Source: Takakia lepidozioides
Lineage: Eukaryota > Plantae > Bryophyta
Assembly: GCA_030704615.1 (NCBI GenBank)
Contig: CM060733.1
Span: forward strand, 46,066,001 to 46,130,000
DNA length: 64,000 nucleotides
Direction: 5' to 3'
Shown: in pieces, positions 24,801-36,200 of the stretch
Position numbering within the stretch: the first letter of the stretch is position 1
Layout: each line of letters begins with the position of its first letter
The notes under the pieces: generated by a model
Database searches by the model: none
The model's input: only the letters and a program-made list of their open reading frames with translations
What the model was told of the DNA's origin: nothing
Translations under genes and position numbers: made by a program

Positions 24801-25058
24801 CTTTGCATCCTCGATGCACCCACATTTTGCGTACATGTCCACCATGGTATTGTTCAGAGTGACAGTTGGTACAATTCCAGCTCTGAAGATGTCGCCATGG
24901 ACCACTTTGCCCTTTCCCAGATCTGCCAGGGCAGTGTGTAGAGAGACATTTGGAACAACTACAGCACCACCTGCAGGAGCTGCCCACTCATCTGCAGCCT
25001 TGGCATAGTTCCACAGTACCACAAGCTCATCGCTATCTTGGTAGTTGAGCTGACCCAC
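21867..25058 (-). CDS. 1063-aa open segment of the LINE polyprotein: tandem PPR-derived modules, low-complexity linker, 2A-like peptide, start of APE
   Basis: No stops across PPR modules ([35 protein letters not shown]), NPGP and the first APE strand. Confidence 0.7.
   Translation of the reverse strand: [1063 protein letters not shown]
22614..22700 (-). other. 2A/StopGo-like peptide ...[22 protein letters not shown]
   Basis: Hydrophobic run followed by GDIHPNPG/P (canonical D[V/I]ExNPGP), in frame ~240 aa upstream of APE. Confidence 0.75.
23345..23560. repeat. In-frame mini-repeats (42 bp x3 and a GGTAGCATTTTCC motif x3-4)
   Basis: They encode TILHHDL.SLFS x3 and ENAT/KML motifs. Confidence 0.75.
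24150..24960 (-). repeat. Four tandem PPR-derived modules (~219/156/219/219 bp)
   Basis: Repeated [45 protein letters not shown](G...SWNAM). Confidence 0.85.
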
Positions 25059-25555
25059 AATGCGGCGCTGCTTGAGAGAGAAATAGTTCCAGTAAGTGTG
25101 CTGACTTGCTGCATGGTGGAGTGTCGGGATGACCAGCCTGATGAGCTACATCAGCTGGAGGTGAGTTAGACGAGGGTAGAAGGGAAGTGGTGGGTAGGGC
25201 CTGCTGATTGTGTGAAACCGCCATAAGATTGAGGACTTTGGCGGACTGGCTGGCTGGTTTGGTGCAGCGGCTGGTGGATGAGAACAGCCCTTGACAGTGC
25301 CACTACTTCTGAAGGCTGGCAGCTGAAGATGGTGGTTGGTAGCCATGCATGGGTATTCGTTAACAAGCCCGTGCACCCTTTGCTGTGGCAGCCAGCTTTG
25401 CACACTCCCATATTTGGCAAACCTGTCAGCCAGGGCAGTCTCCAGACTGATGTTCGGTGTTTTTTGAGCTAGGATGACACCGTCATGGACCTCTTCGCCC
25501 TTTCTGAGGGTTGCAGGGCAGGTACAGGTCAGTCCACAGAGTGGTGCGGGTGGGT

Positions 25556-27064
25556 TCAGCTGCACATCTGGAGGCAAGAGTGGTGCCCGTTGCCGCAACT
25601 CCGGGGTGACACTGTTGGCAGCTGAGCTTGACATGCATCCTTCATGCTCTCACATTTGGCATACATATCTGCAGGGGCAGTCTCCAGTCTGTTGAACACT
25701 CCCTTTTCATCATCAATGCACCTACATTTTACATACATGTCCACGAGGGTACTGTTCAGAGTGACCTTTGGTACAATTCTAGCTCTGATAATGTTGCCAT
25801 GGACCTCTTTACCCTTTTCCAGAGCTGCCATGCTTGCACACGTATTGTAAATGCACATAAACGTGTTGTGGTCAGGTTTCACCCCTTCCCCCAAAATTTG
25901 ATCATAGGTCTCCAAAGCCTCCATATCACGTCCCTGTTGCGCATACCCTATAAGGGTCACATTCCAAGACACGACATCCCGTTCAGCTGTAGTGTCAAAC
26001 ACTCCCTGTGCCTCCTCATATTTTGTATACGTGACCACCAGGGTATACTTTAGAATAAGAGTCGGTACAATTCCAGCTCTGACGATGTCGCCATGGGCCT
26101 CTTTGCCCTTTTCCAGAGCTGCCTGGGCAGTGTTCAGAATGACATTTGGTACAGCTCCAGCTTTGATGATGTCAACATGAACAACCTTGTGTTTTACCAG
26201 GGCTGCCAGGTTTGCACAAGCATTGCAAATGCACACAGATGCGATGTGGTTGGGCTTCATCCCTTCCACCATCATTTGATCATAGGTTTCCACGACATGT
26301 GTAACAACTTCAGCTTTGACATGGCCATTCAGCCTGGCCTGCCGCTTCTGCTGTGGAGGCAGGGGTACATATTTTCCCAGTTTGATGGCATCTTGAGAAG
26401 CTCCTGCTGCCGCAATTTGCAGTGTAGCAGCGCAGCCGTATTGGGCATAACCTAGCACAATTCCTGCATTTTTAATATCGGTATGGGCCTCTTTGAGAGC
26501 TGCCAAGCTGGCCCAAGCATTGAGACTGCAGGCAAATGTAACCCCTTTCTTTATCAATTGCTCATAGACCTCCAAAGCCTTCCTACCACACCCATAGCAG
26601 GCATATCCTGTGATCATTACATTCCATGAGGCCACATTTTGTAGGCGCATATTGTCATCCACTTGGCGTGCATCATTTATGCTGCCACATATGGCAAACA
26701 TGTCGACCAAGGCAGTGTCCGACATGATATCTGACTCAATTTCTGCTCTCATGATGGCAGCATGGGCAGCATGGACTCTGCTTAAGATGCTATAATCATC
26801 AAGGCCATGAAGAGCGGGGTAACAAAATACACTGGCCCGGGTTCTGGGAAGAACAAAGTGAGTTTTAGCAAGCAGGTGGAATCGCATACCGTTGAATCTT
26901 GGAAGGAGGTTGACGGTAGAGTGGGTATGAACATGTAACTGAGCAGCCAGAGCATTAGCTGGGCCTGAGGGGGATACCTGAGCGCCATCATCAAAAGATA
27001 AGTCTGTGTTTGCTGGTATCGAATCTCTGTCTCGGACAGGTGCTGCAACCCAGCCGCACTCCAT
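25556..27064 (-). pseudogene. Mosaic PLS-type PPR fragments within the LINE 5' region
   Basis: TALVDMFAICGSINDARQV...SWNVMITGYA and RDVVSWNVTLIGYAQQGRDMEALETYDQILGEGVKPD, interleaved with non-PPR sequence. No E/DYW domain. Confidence 0.8.
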
Positions 27065-29561
27065 TTTTGCAGAGGTCTGGCAAAGCCATGGGGTATCAGC
27101 CCCCTATACCTCCATAACAATAATATGGAGCAACAAATCCCTCATAAGGTATGATCCTCTCCAGCAAAAATATGTTGGTTGATTGGGCATGGAGAGTAAG
27201 GCATCCTTGATGGTACCTGAAATAAACATAGAGCATCTAAATGACTTCTGAATGATGATATTCTGAGCTAGGCCCTGGTAAGACAGCCTGCTAGAGTATA
27301 TGTACTGTACACCTTATACATGATTCGGTCAATGCACATTACTCTTGTTAGCTGGTCTCCTGTAGCCGATGCCTTATGTCAGTTTTAGATACCTTATGAT
27401 ACGAGTGACTTCCGTGTCCTTGGCTCAAGTGCTTCCATGTTTCTCCTGGTTATGGCTTTGCTCTTTGTAGCGCCAAAAAAAGTACCCAGTCTTACTATGT
27501 TGCTGGAAGATGGCTTGTTTGAATCAGGGGCAGTAGACTAGTGTCAGTGGCTGAAGAACACAAGTTCTTATTCATACCTTTGGGTAAATTGGATCTAACC
27601 AAAAAGTTGGCTGATATGGTGGGAAGATGTGCAGTAGTCTGCTGCCATTGGTTGAAGAACACCTGTAATTTCTGAACTCTTGCCAAGTTTGAATTATGTT
27701 GTGCCAATGTTCACTCGTAATCTGAGAGCAGAGAGAGGCCTTTTATCCATTTGGTATTCAAGTCCAAGAATAGAACTACATTGTAGAGGGAGAGCCTTAT
27801 GAGAATGGGTCTGGTATGCGCACTCCCTTACGGGGTGAGTGCATACCAAACTCACTCCATAAGGGACTGCCATACCAGGGGTTGGATGGTGGGTGCCCCC
27901 TCTCTCCCTCTCTCCAATTATCTGTTTGGGATTAACAATTTTTTTCCTAAGCCTATCTGGTTTGGAAATACCTTCTTTCTAATCCCTTCTGTTTTGGATT
28001 TCATCCATACCGGATGAAAACTATGCCAGGTACACTCCCTAACTGGATGATTTATTGTCTTGAACTTTACCACCGAGGATGTAGCCTGCAATTTTTCATC
28101 CATTACATCCTTCCTCGATGTAACCATAACGGATGTAAGCCTAAGAGGATGTAACCTTAATGAAAGTGCAAAATTTCATTCCCAGTGGATGAAATCGCGG
28201 GATGGTTTGCCTAACCGTCTCTCTGCCCTAAGCACAGCACGATACTCGTGCTTGTTTTCTCTGATGGAGGGCGATGGCGGTTGAGTGCTCGAGCAGCACG
28301 ATCTGCGCGCGCTTTGTTTTTTTAATGCGCGATGGCGACAGGTACTTCCATTTCCCGTGCTGGCAAACGACCTACTGTTGTGTTTGCCTGCAATCTTTCG
28401 CATTCATGAAGCAGCGGCGCTCTTAAGGAGATGGGGGAAGTTAACGTGCACTTTGTAAAGATGCAATTTTCCTCAAGTCTCCCATTTTGTTGCATTCTAT
28501 TGTGATCTCTTGAGATTCAGATGTTGAACGCCGCAGCGTCCCACTCCACAAACGATTAAGGTTCTTAGTGGTGTCCCATCTTTGTTCTTCTTTTGATCAA
28601 TTTGCTCACTGTAGAATGCATGTTGGACATGGATAGCAACTGTGAAGACCTGCTACTCACTTGGTGCATCCTCACTAACACCCATCTTGATGTGGTGGTT
28701 TTGGGGACGGGCACAGGTGAGGGTCTTCACTTGATATGTATTTTTCAGTTTGCAGATGATCAAAAAACTTGGCGATGGTGACGATTGACGCTGAATATTG
28801 CTTCAGTGGGGCATCTGATACGATTTCTTTTTGTTTTTTTATGATTGTAACCAACCGCTTCTGTTGAACAATATGGCAATGTGCTGAGCTATACAGACGT
28901 TCTATTAAGGCTCGGGGGTTTTTAACCTGATTATAAGTCAGTTTTTCTGGCATGATACCAGTATGAACTTTGGCATCATATTGATATGGTGCTGGAGTAA
29001 TATCTCTAGACCTAAAGCTATCCAGTGATGCTTAAAGCAGGCCTTCTTATGTTGTTTTAACATGGTAAGTATCCGTCTTGGCAGATGTCGGTCTTGGAAG
29101 TTACAAATTACAAAGGTAGGGCTTTTGGAATTGTTGCAGCTATAACTCCAGCCGCCAACAACCTCCAAGCTTAGGCACAGGTACAACTGATCCCTCCGCC
29201 TCGAATAGCTACCTCCACTGAAACATTTGAGCGGCTTCTCCATCATGAGGAAGTTGCAATGGGCTTGAGCAGGTATGAAACAAAAGACATTTGCTGGCCT
29301 GGAATACTTGGGCTTAATCATCACATTTGGGAAGCGAGAAAGGCAAGGGTATCTTGGCTTGAGCACCGTGTCAAGGGGGGCCAACAGCAGTAATTGGGCT
29401 GCTCCAAAGCCAATACGATTTGTGGCTGCAGCATATCTCTTAGCGCTAGCATTCGGGAGTATAGTGTTAGCTACCCAATTCTTGTCAACGCATCTCGCAT
29501 CGTCGAAGGTGTCCAGACCCTCCGCATTGAGAAGAATAGAAATAGCAAGATTGCACTCGTT

Positions 29562-30464
29562 CTAGGGCACTTGCATGATGGCAGGCTGCTGGAGGACGAT
29601 CTTGGTATGGTTGTCCTGTTGTGTACAATGTGCACAACATATCCAGGAGAGAACGTAGAGGGTAGCACCTAGCAACAACCTGAAGTGGCTATTAAAGGGC
29701 GTTGCAGTGAGTAGAGCTTTGTTCGTAGTCACGAAGGCAATCTTTCTCCCACCTTGTTGATAAATGTCGATCATCTTCTTGGCACGATCCTTGCTTGAGT
29801 GAGAGGTGTGTGAAGTAAAGAGGGTGTTGCAAACCCAGGCTGTGCCAGCTCGTACCACTTGCCATGAGAAAAACATAAAGGTAAAAAGCAGCCCTGGAAA
29901 GTGTAGTTGGGAATGAGGATAGCAATCTGTATACCTAACATAGTGCAAAGAATGACGAAATCGCCGGGCTAGCTTCTTCAGCTCAAGTAGCAGACCAGGG
30001 TCTGGAGCCCTAGTCATATTGTTGAACACTTGACGTGCAACGTTTACACTCCCACATTTGGCATACTGGTTGAGAGGCCAGCTGCTGGAAATGGTGTCTT
30101 CCGCAGTGCTGTGCTGCTTGACAGAGAGAGGAGAGTGTCGACAAGGAAGCATCAATAACATTAAAACGCTGCACGGTGGAATCATTTGAACTTGCCGCAA
30201 CAGGGCGGGATGTTTAGTCATGCGTTGCCAAGCTGCGACGATGCCCTGTGAGAACTCCACGGACGTGGCTTGAACATGCAGGTGGGTGGACATCCGGTTG
30301 TGAACAGCCATTGAAAACAAGAGGATAACAAAACAACATGATAAAACTATGGAAAGATAGCTTAAGCAGAGCTTTAAAAGGAGGTTGATCTTGCTGGGCA
30401 GGTAGAGGGGAGAAGAGCAGCAAGGCAGCTGCACAGCAGCGCGACGAGCTGAAACTCGCGCCAT
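29562..30464 (-). CDS. Probable N-terminal segment of the LINE polyprotein, with one PPR fragment
   Basis: GCCGCCATGG start ~200 nt inside the element's 5' end. Contains QYAKCGSVNVARQVFNNMT and a hydrophobic stretch near the N-terminus. Confidence 0.5.
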   Translation of the reverse strand: MARVSARRAAVQLPCCSSPLYLPSKINLLLKLCLSYLSIVLSCCFVILLFSMAVHNRMSTHLHVQATSVEFSQGIVAAWQRMTKHPALLRQVQMIPPCSVLMLLMLPCRHSPLSVKQHSTAEDTISSSWPLNQYAKCGSVNVARQVFNNMTRAPDPGLLLELKKLARRFRHSLHYVRYTDCYPHSQLHFPGLLFTFMFFSWQVVRAGTAWVCNTLFTSHTSHSSKDRAKKMIDIYQQGGRKIAFVTTNKALLTATPFNSHFRLLLGATLYVLSWICCAHCTQQDNHTKIVLQQPAIMQVP

Positions 30465-33228
30465 GGCGGCTGCCGTAGCTAGAAAGAAAGTAAGGGTTAG
30501 AGTAGCGGCATTGCTAACAATTGAAGAAAATGAGACTGTAAAACCGAGAAGGTGGCAGACCCCTAAAAATTAGTCACGACTACGGGATTTAGCTAAGGTT
30601 GGCGGTGGGAGATCGGAGCTCCGCCCTCCCGCTCCCCCGACCCCAGGGCATTTCGTAGATTACTTATGGGACACATTGTGTGTAAGAGGGGACTACTTGT
30701 GGATCCCAGAAAGACAGAGGCCATTAAAGCATCACCACCACCAAGAAATGATAAAAGTCTAAGGAGATTCCTTGGACAAACCAGTTACTACAGAAGATTT
30801 GTCAGACGGTATGCACAGATGGCAGCACCTTTGAGCAAGCTTCTGAAGAAGGATGCAGTGTTTACATGGACAGCTGAATGTCAACAGGCTTTTGAGGAAC
30901 TTACATTGTCAGTAACAACTATACCTGTGCTGATTAACCCACACTGGCATGTAGTATTTCATGTACACTGTGATGCCTCAGGAGAAGCGTTGGGAGCTAT
31001 GTTAACCCAAAACATCATAGAAAACGTAGATTCACCTGTGTACTATGCTAGCAGGTTATTGAACAGTGCTGAAAGGAACTATAGCACCACTGAAAGAGAG
31101 GCATTGGAAATGATTTATGCAGTCAAGAAATTCAAGCATTACCTATTGGGAAGGAAGTTTATGTTTTATGTGGATCATCAGGCTTTGATTTATTTGGTGA
31201 ACAAGCCTTTGATAAGTGGAAGGATAGCAAGATGGTTAATAATCTTGCACGAGTTTGAATTCGAAATTGTTTACAAGCCTGGCCGTTTGCATCTTGTGGC
31301 AAATCACTTGTCACGCCTATCAACAAGAGAGCCCGCCACGGGAGTAGACGACCAACTACCTGATGCGAGTCTATTTGTAGTGGAGGTGCAAGGAAGTGCA
31401 GATGATTAATTAGATTGGCAGTGGCCAATCAGATACTACCTTACTCATGGTCAGTGCCCACCCAGTTATGGGAAGGAACAGAGGAAGAGAATAGCTATCA
31501 AGGCTTTACCCTACACTATGATAGGTGGCAGATTGTATAAGCTAGGACCTGATGGAGTTCTTAAACGATGCTTGTACCACCATGAAGTAAATAAAGTTTT
31601 GGAAGAAGTTCATAAAGGAGTGGCTGGAGGACATTTTGGAGAGGAGACTACCAGCAGAAAAATACTACTCGCAGGTTACTGGTGGCCTACTCTGTTCAAA
31701 GATGTGCACAAGTATTGCAAGAGTTGTGATGAGTGTCAGAGGCTAGGACCTTTGCAAAGATCTGGAAAGATGGCTTTGCATCCTACGATGCCTACTGAGC
31801 CATTTCAAAAATGGGGACTAGACTTTGTTGGACCAATAAACCGACCAACCAGAAATACACAGAACAAGTATATAATCACAGCCACTGATTATACTACAAA
31901 GTGGGTGGAGGCTAAAGCTCTGAGGGACAACACAGCTAAGTCTACAACAAGGTTTCTGTATGAGAACATACTTACAAGATTTGGCTGTCCCCTGGAATTT
32001 ATCAGTGACCATGGAAGTCACTTCATTAATGAGACCATAAAACTATTGACTAAAGAGTTCATGATTGTGCATAGGAAGAGTACAACCTATTACCCACAGG
32101 GCAATGGGCAGGCAGAGGCCACCAACAAAATACTATGCACTATTTTAGCTAAAATAGTCACTGCAAATAGAACAGATTGGGATACAAAGCTGCTGACAGC
32201 TTTGTGGTCGTACAGAACTTCATATAAAGTCATCACTAAGTATACACCATTCCAATTAGTTTATGGTATGGAAGCTTTACTTCCAGTGGAATTCTTGTTA
32301 CCTACCATGAGAACTGAATGGGGAAGGAGAATGGAATTGGAGGATTCAATTAAAGTCAGGAAACATGAATTATATCACGTGGAAGAAGTACGTGCGGATG
32401 CAGCAGATAACATGACCAGAATTCAGATGAAGAGGAAGGATCAATTTTATGAAGGTAAATTGAAAAACTTTTAAGACGGGCGATTTGGTACTGTGGTTGC
32501 AAAAGAAAGGGAAGATCAAAGCTTCTAAGCTTAAGTCACCATGGAAAAGACCTTATGTCATACAAAAGATGTATGATAACAACATAGCCATATTACAAAC
32601 CATTAACAAAGAGATGCTTGGAAGAGTGAATGTCAATAAGTTGAAGGGATACAGTGGTATCCATGATAAACCATTGCAGCATGATTTGCATCTTGGAACA
32701 CAGATGTCATCATAGCCTACACCGGTGATACCAACGAAGCATGAAGCGCTTGTCGTAAAGCCGAATGTGTATGGCGTGAGCGGAGAACACGGGTGTTCAC
32801 ATCGCTATCACAGCCCATCATAGCATCACACAGCCTATCACAGCTTATCATAGTTTGACACAGCCTGTCACAGCCCAACACAGCTTACGCGGGTTGCATA
32901 GTCCATAGGGTCAGTGACAAGTGGACGCGGGTTAATGTCAGAAAAATGGCCGGCAAGTGAAAGGACAGCTTGGAAGTCAAACTCGGAGAATGTGCCATGC
33001 GGACAGGGGAAGACGGGAGCATGTTTAAAATCGAACACATGGCCACTAGGGTGAAGCACACCGTGGTGCATATATTGCAAAAGTGGGTGTCATCATGCAA
33101 GAGGACAAACTGGGCCGTCAACGTACCTACCCAATACATCAGCCAAAACTAATTGTGGGCCCATTAACGCATTCAGGGCAAAGGTAACGGAACCCTTTAC
33201 GTGTACAACAAAGGGGAACCTTTGCCAC

Positions 33229-36200
33229 ATGTGCTGTCCTAGTGGACAATCCAAGTGGGAATATCCACTGAGGGGAGTAAAATTAAGAAATTACCCAAGG
33301 GGGCAACAACCAATCAGGAGTGAGAATTTTGTGCAGGTGGTTCCCTCCAAGAAACAAGAACAAGAAATTACAAGAGTTATGAGCGGAAGAGTCGGGGTGG
33401 CTCCGAATAACCAGCATCTCGACGGGTGGGGCAATCAAAGCTATAGCTTTGTAGTTATGGCGGATATTACGGACTACACATTAGCTTTACTTCTCACGTA
33501 GTGGCAGAAGGACGGGCGGGTAGAAAAGACATTTTCTCTCACTCAGTATTTGCAAGCCCCACAGGCTTACGCGCACTTACCCATTCATTTCTATGCCAAC
33601 CATACTTTTATGCTCTACGCCCTGCAAGCTTTCCTAGAGCTATTTCAAACAAGGCCATCTTGTTTGTTTGGGATGAAGAGAATTAGGGGAATGGAGGATA
33701 TCACGGTGAAGAGCACCACGATTCTGCAGAAGCAAACAATTGCTACACCACAAGTAGTGCAGCTGCTGAAGGAGTTGCGATTGGAAGGGCTGGTACGCAA
33801 CGAATGGTCCTTGCATCATCGGAAGTATATGATTCAATTTGTTCAGAACTTTGAGCCTCGGATAGGAGTTACACATGTGAGGGGAGTAGATATAGAGATT
33901 ACTCCCTAGTACTTGCAGCAACAGTTTGAATTGCCATCTGGGCATGTAAATGTGGATGAACACAGGGCAAGATTGCAAATGGTCAATTTGTTCCTAGAAG
34001 CGAGTTTCTTCAAAACTCAAGGATACACTTGCACCAAGGCCGAGTACCCTGGGTTAAGGGAAGTTGGCCAAATACTGAATGTTCTGTTTGCCATGAAACA
34101 GAACCAACAGTACCTTAGCAGATCATTCACGGAGGAAATACTGAAAGCCTTGAGGGGAGAGGATGTGGCTTGGGCGCAATTGATGTACAGTGGTCTGGTG
34201 GAAGAGATTAAGCGGTTACAGGGCACTGCTGCTAAGTCTCCGATCATTGTGTCTGGCCCAATAATTGCGCAAATTATCCTTGATTCTTGTATACTAGATG
34301 CGCGAGAACGCAAGGAGATGGGAGTGTTTGAAACAGCTACAACTGCAATTGAGGAGCAGGGCTCGTCACATGGTGAAGGAGGATTGGAGGGGCAACACCA
34401 GTCCAAGAAACAGAAGCGGGATATGACTGTGCCAGATCCACTAACTTCAAGAAAACCACAAGATGATGTTTCCATAGCACTTGTGCAGGATGAGGAGCAG
34501 CAGCACGGGGGGCTGTTATTGCTGGAAGCATGGCCTTTGGAGAGGGAAAAAGAAGTCACCTCAGTACCACAGCCACCACAACCAGTTAGCTTAATTGTTC
34601 CGGGGGTCACTCAGTTAGTACATGTTGATACACCAGAGCCTATTGATGTGGAAGGAGAAGGGTTGGACATTCCCACTACAGAGCAGGTAGTAGCAGAAAT
34701 TGAGAAGGGTGACCTTCTCTATGAAAACTCTGGCTTGGTCAAGGAACCAATGGTACCCAAGATGTAGAGTTTGTCCAAGCAAGCCCCTGTTATGCATGTG
34801 ATACCCGAACCTGTGGCGGAGGTTCCAGGAGTAGACTGTCAGGGCACTGCAGTACTTGCGGCGGATCAGGTAGCTCAGGAGCAAGATCTTGTGGGATCAT
34901 GGCCTGATTGGTTCGTGAAACATCAAACTGTGGAGGATCAGGGAGAACAGCAGCAAGTTCACCATGAAGACCCACAGCAGGCCATGCTTATGAGTTCCAT
35001 AAGCAGAACACTCAATTTGTTGGGCACTTATGTGAAATCCCATGTTCCATCCACACAATTGGCAGCTTTGAGGGAGGAACTCAAGCAGGAGTTTGAGGCT
35101 AGAATTGCCAGGAAGTGTGCAAACAAGGTGGATGTGGAGGCCAACCTCAAGTTGCAGAAAGAGTTGGAGGACACGAAGGCTGCTCTGCAGCTAGCCAAGG
35201 GGAATCTGATTGAAGCAAGTCTGGAGTAGGGGAAATTGCATAAAGCACACAAGCAACAGCTATACCAATTGCAGGTGAAGCATGAGACAAATTGCAGGAA
35301 GTGAACGTGCTCCATACAGAGTTGGAGGCAGTTCATCAAAAAATGACCATCCAATGTGCCACACTAACAACTGCTCTGGACCAAACTGCATTAGAAGTTA
35401 ACAGACAAGCAGAGAGGTGTATGATAGCAGAGGCTGAGACAATAGAGCAAGGGAAACTCATTGCTGATTTGAAGGCTACAATCTGTCGCAATGAGAATAC
35501 TTTCCAACAGTACAGTCAGGTTGAGGCTGAGAAAGAAAGGTATATCCTGGAGTTGCAGCAAACACTCATGGTCCATAAGAATGAACTCTCTGTGGCTAAC
35601 AAGGCTTGGAAGGAAGCCAACAATCTGTCTGCTGCCTATGCGGCCCTGGTTGAACCTCATGCAAAGCGCATGGAGGCTTTACAGCAGCAGTTAGATGTGT
35701 ATAGACTCAAGGAGGAGCAGGCTCTCAGGGGTGCTACACAGGACTTGGTGGATAAACATCTTATGCAAGTATGGTTGACACAAGGGCCGTTGGAAGGGAA
35801 GGCACCAAGGAAGCTCACCCAGGGGAAGATGAATGATCACAGGTTGCAGGTGCAGAACATTGCTACAACTACTATAGACAATGTCTATAGTAGAATAGCG
35901 GAGTTACAGGATGATGTGGAAGGGCTGTAGACTCAAGTGAATGACTTGAGTTCCAACATTGACAAAAATGGTCTTTGTTCCTGAGGAGCAGCTGATGGCT
36001 ACTTATTTGCATGCCAAGACTCTGATTTTTCAGTCTTCATCACAGGAGGTGCAAGAGTTGCCAGCAGTAGGAGGGACAGTGGTGGCAATATCACAGCCCC
36101 CACAGTAGGTGGCTGTGCAGGTGGCTAGCACTGTTGATACCATGGCGAAGTCACAATATGAGGTCTGGGGGGATGCTGCTTTCAACCCACCAAGGACTCC

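Larger units (their letters stand above)
15187..30660 (-). mobile_element. Giant (15.5 kb) dual-endonuclease non-LTR retrotransposon (Dualen/RandI-like) with a PPR-containing 5' region
   Basis: 13-bp TSD on both sides, short TC-repeat 3' tail, and a chain of minus-strand ORFs from a Kozak ATG at 30464 to a stop at 15361. Encodes APE, RT, RNase H and RLE plus accessory domains. Confidence 0.85.

Noticed and set aside
24051-25008. Plus-strand ORFs of 237 and 274 aa, and similar antisense ORFs across the TEs
   Set aside because: Shadow frames of minus-strand coding or repeat sequence, with no independent motifs.
24100-27064. Stand-alone host PPR editing-factor genes
   Set aside because: The motifs are scrambled, have no E/DYW domain and lie inside the TSD-bounded insertion.
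30540-30660. HDV-like ribozyme at the LINE 5' end
   Set aside because: GC-rich hairpins and a GCTAA are present, but I could not fit the nested double pseudoknot by eye. An Infernal or RNArobo search is needed.
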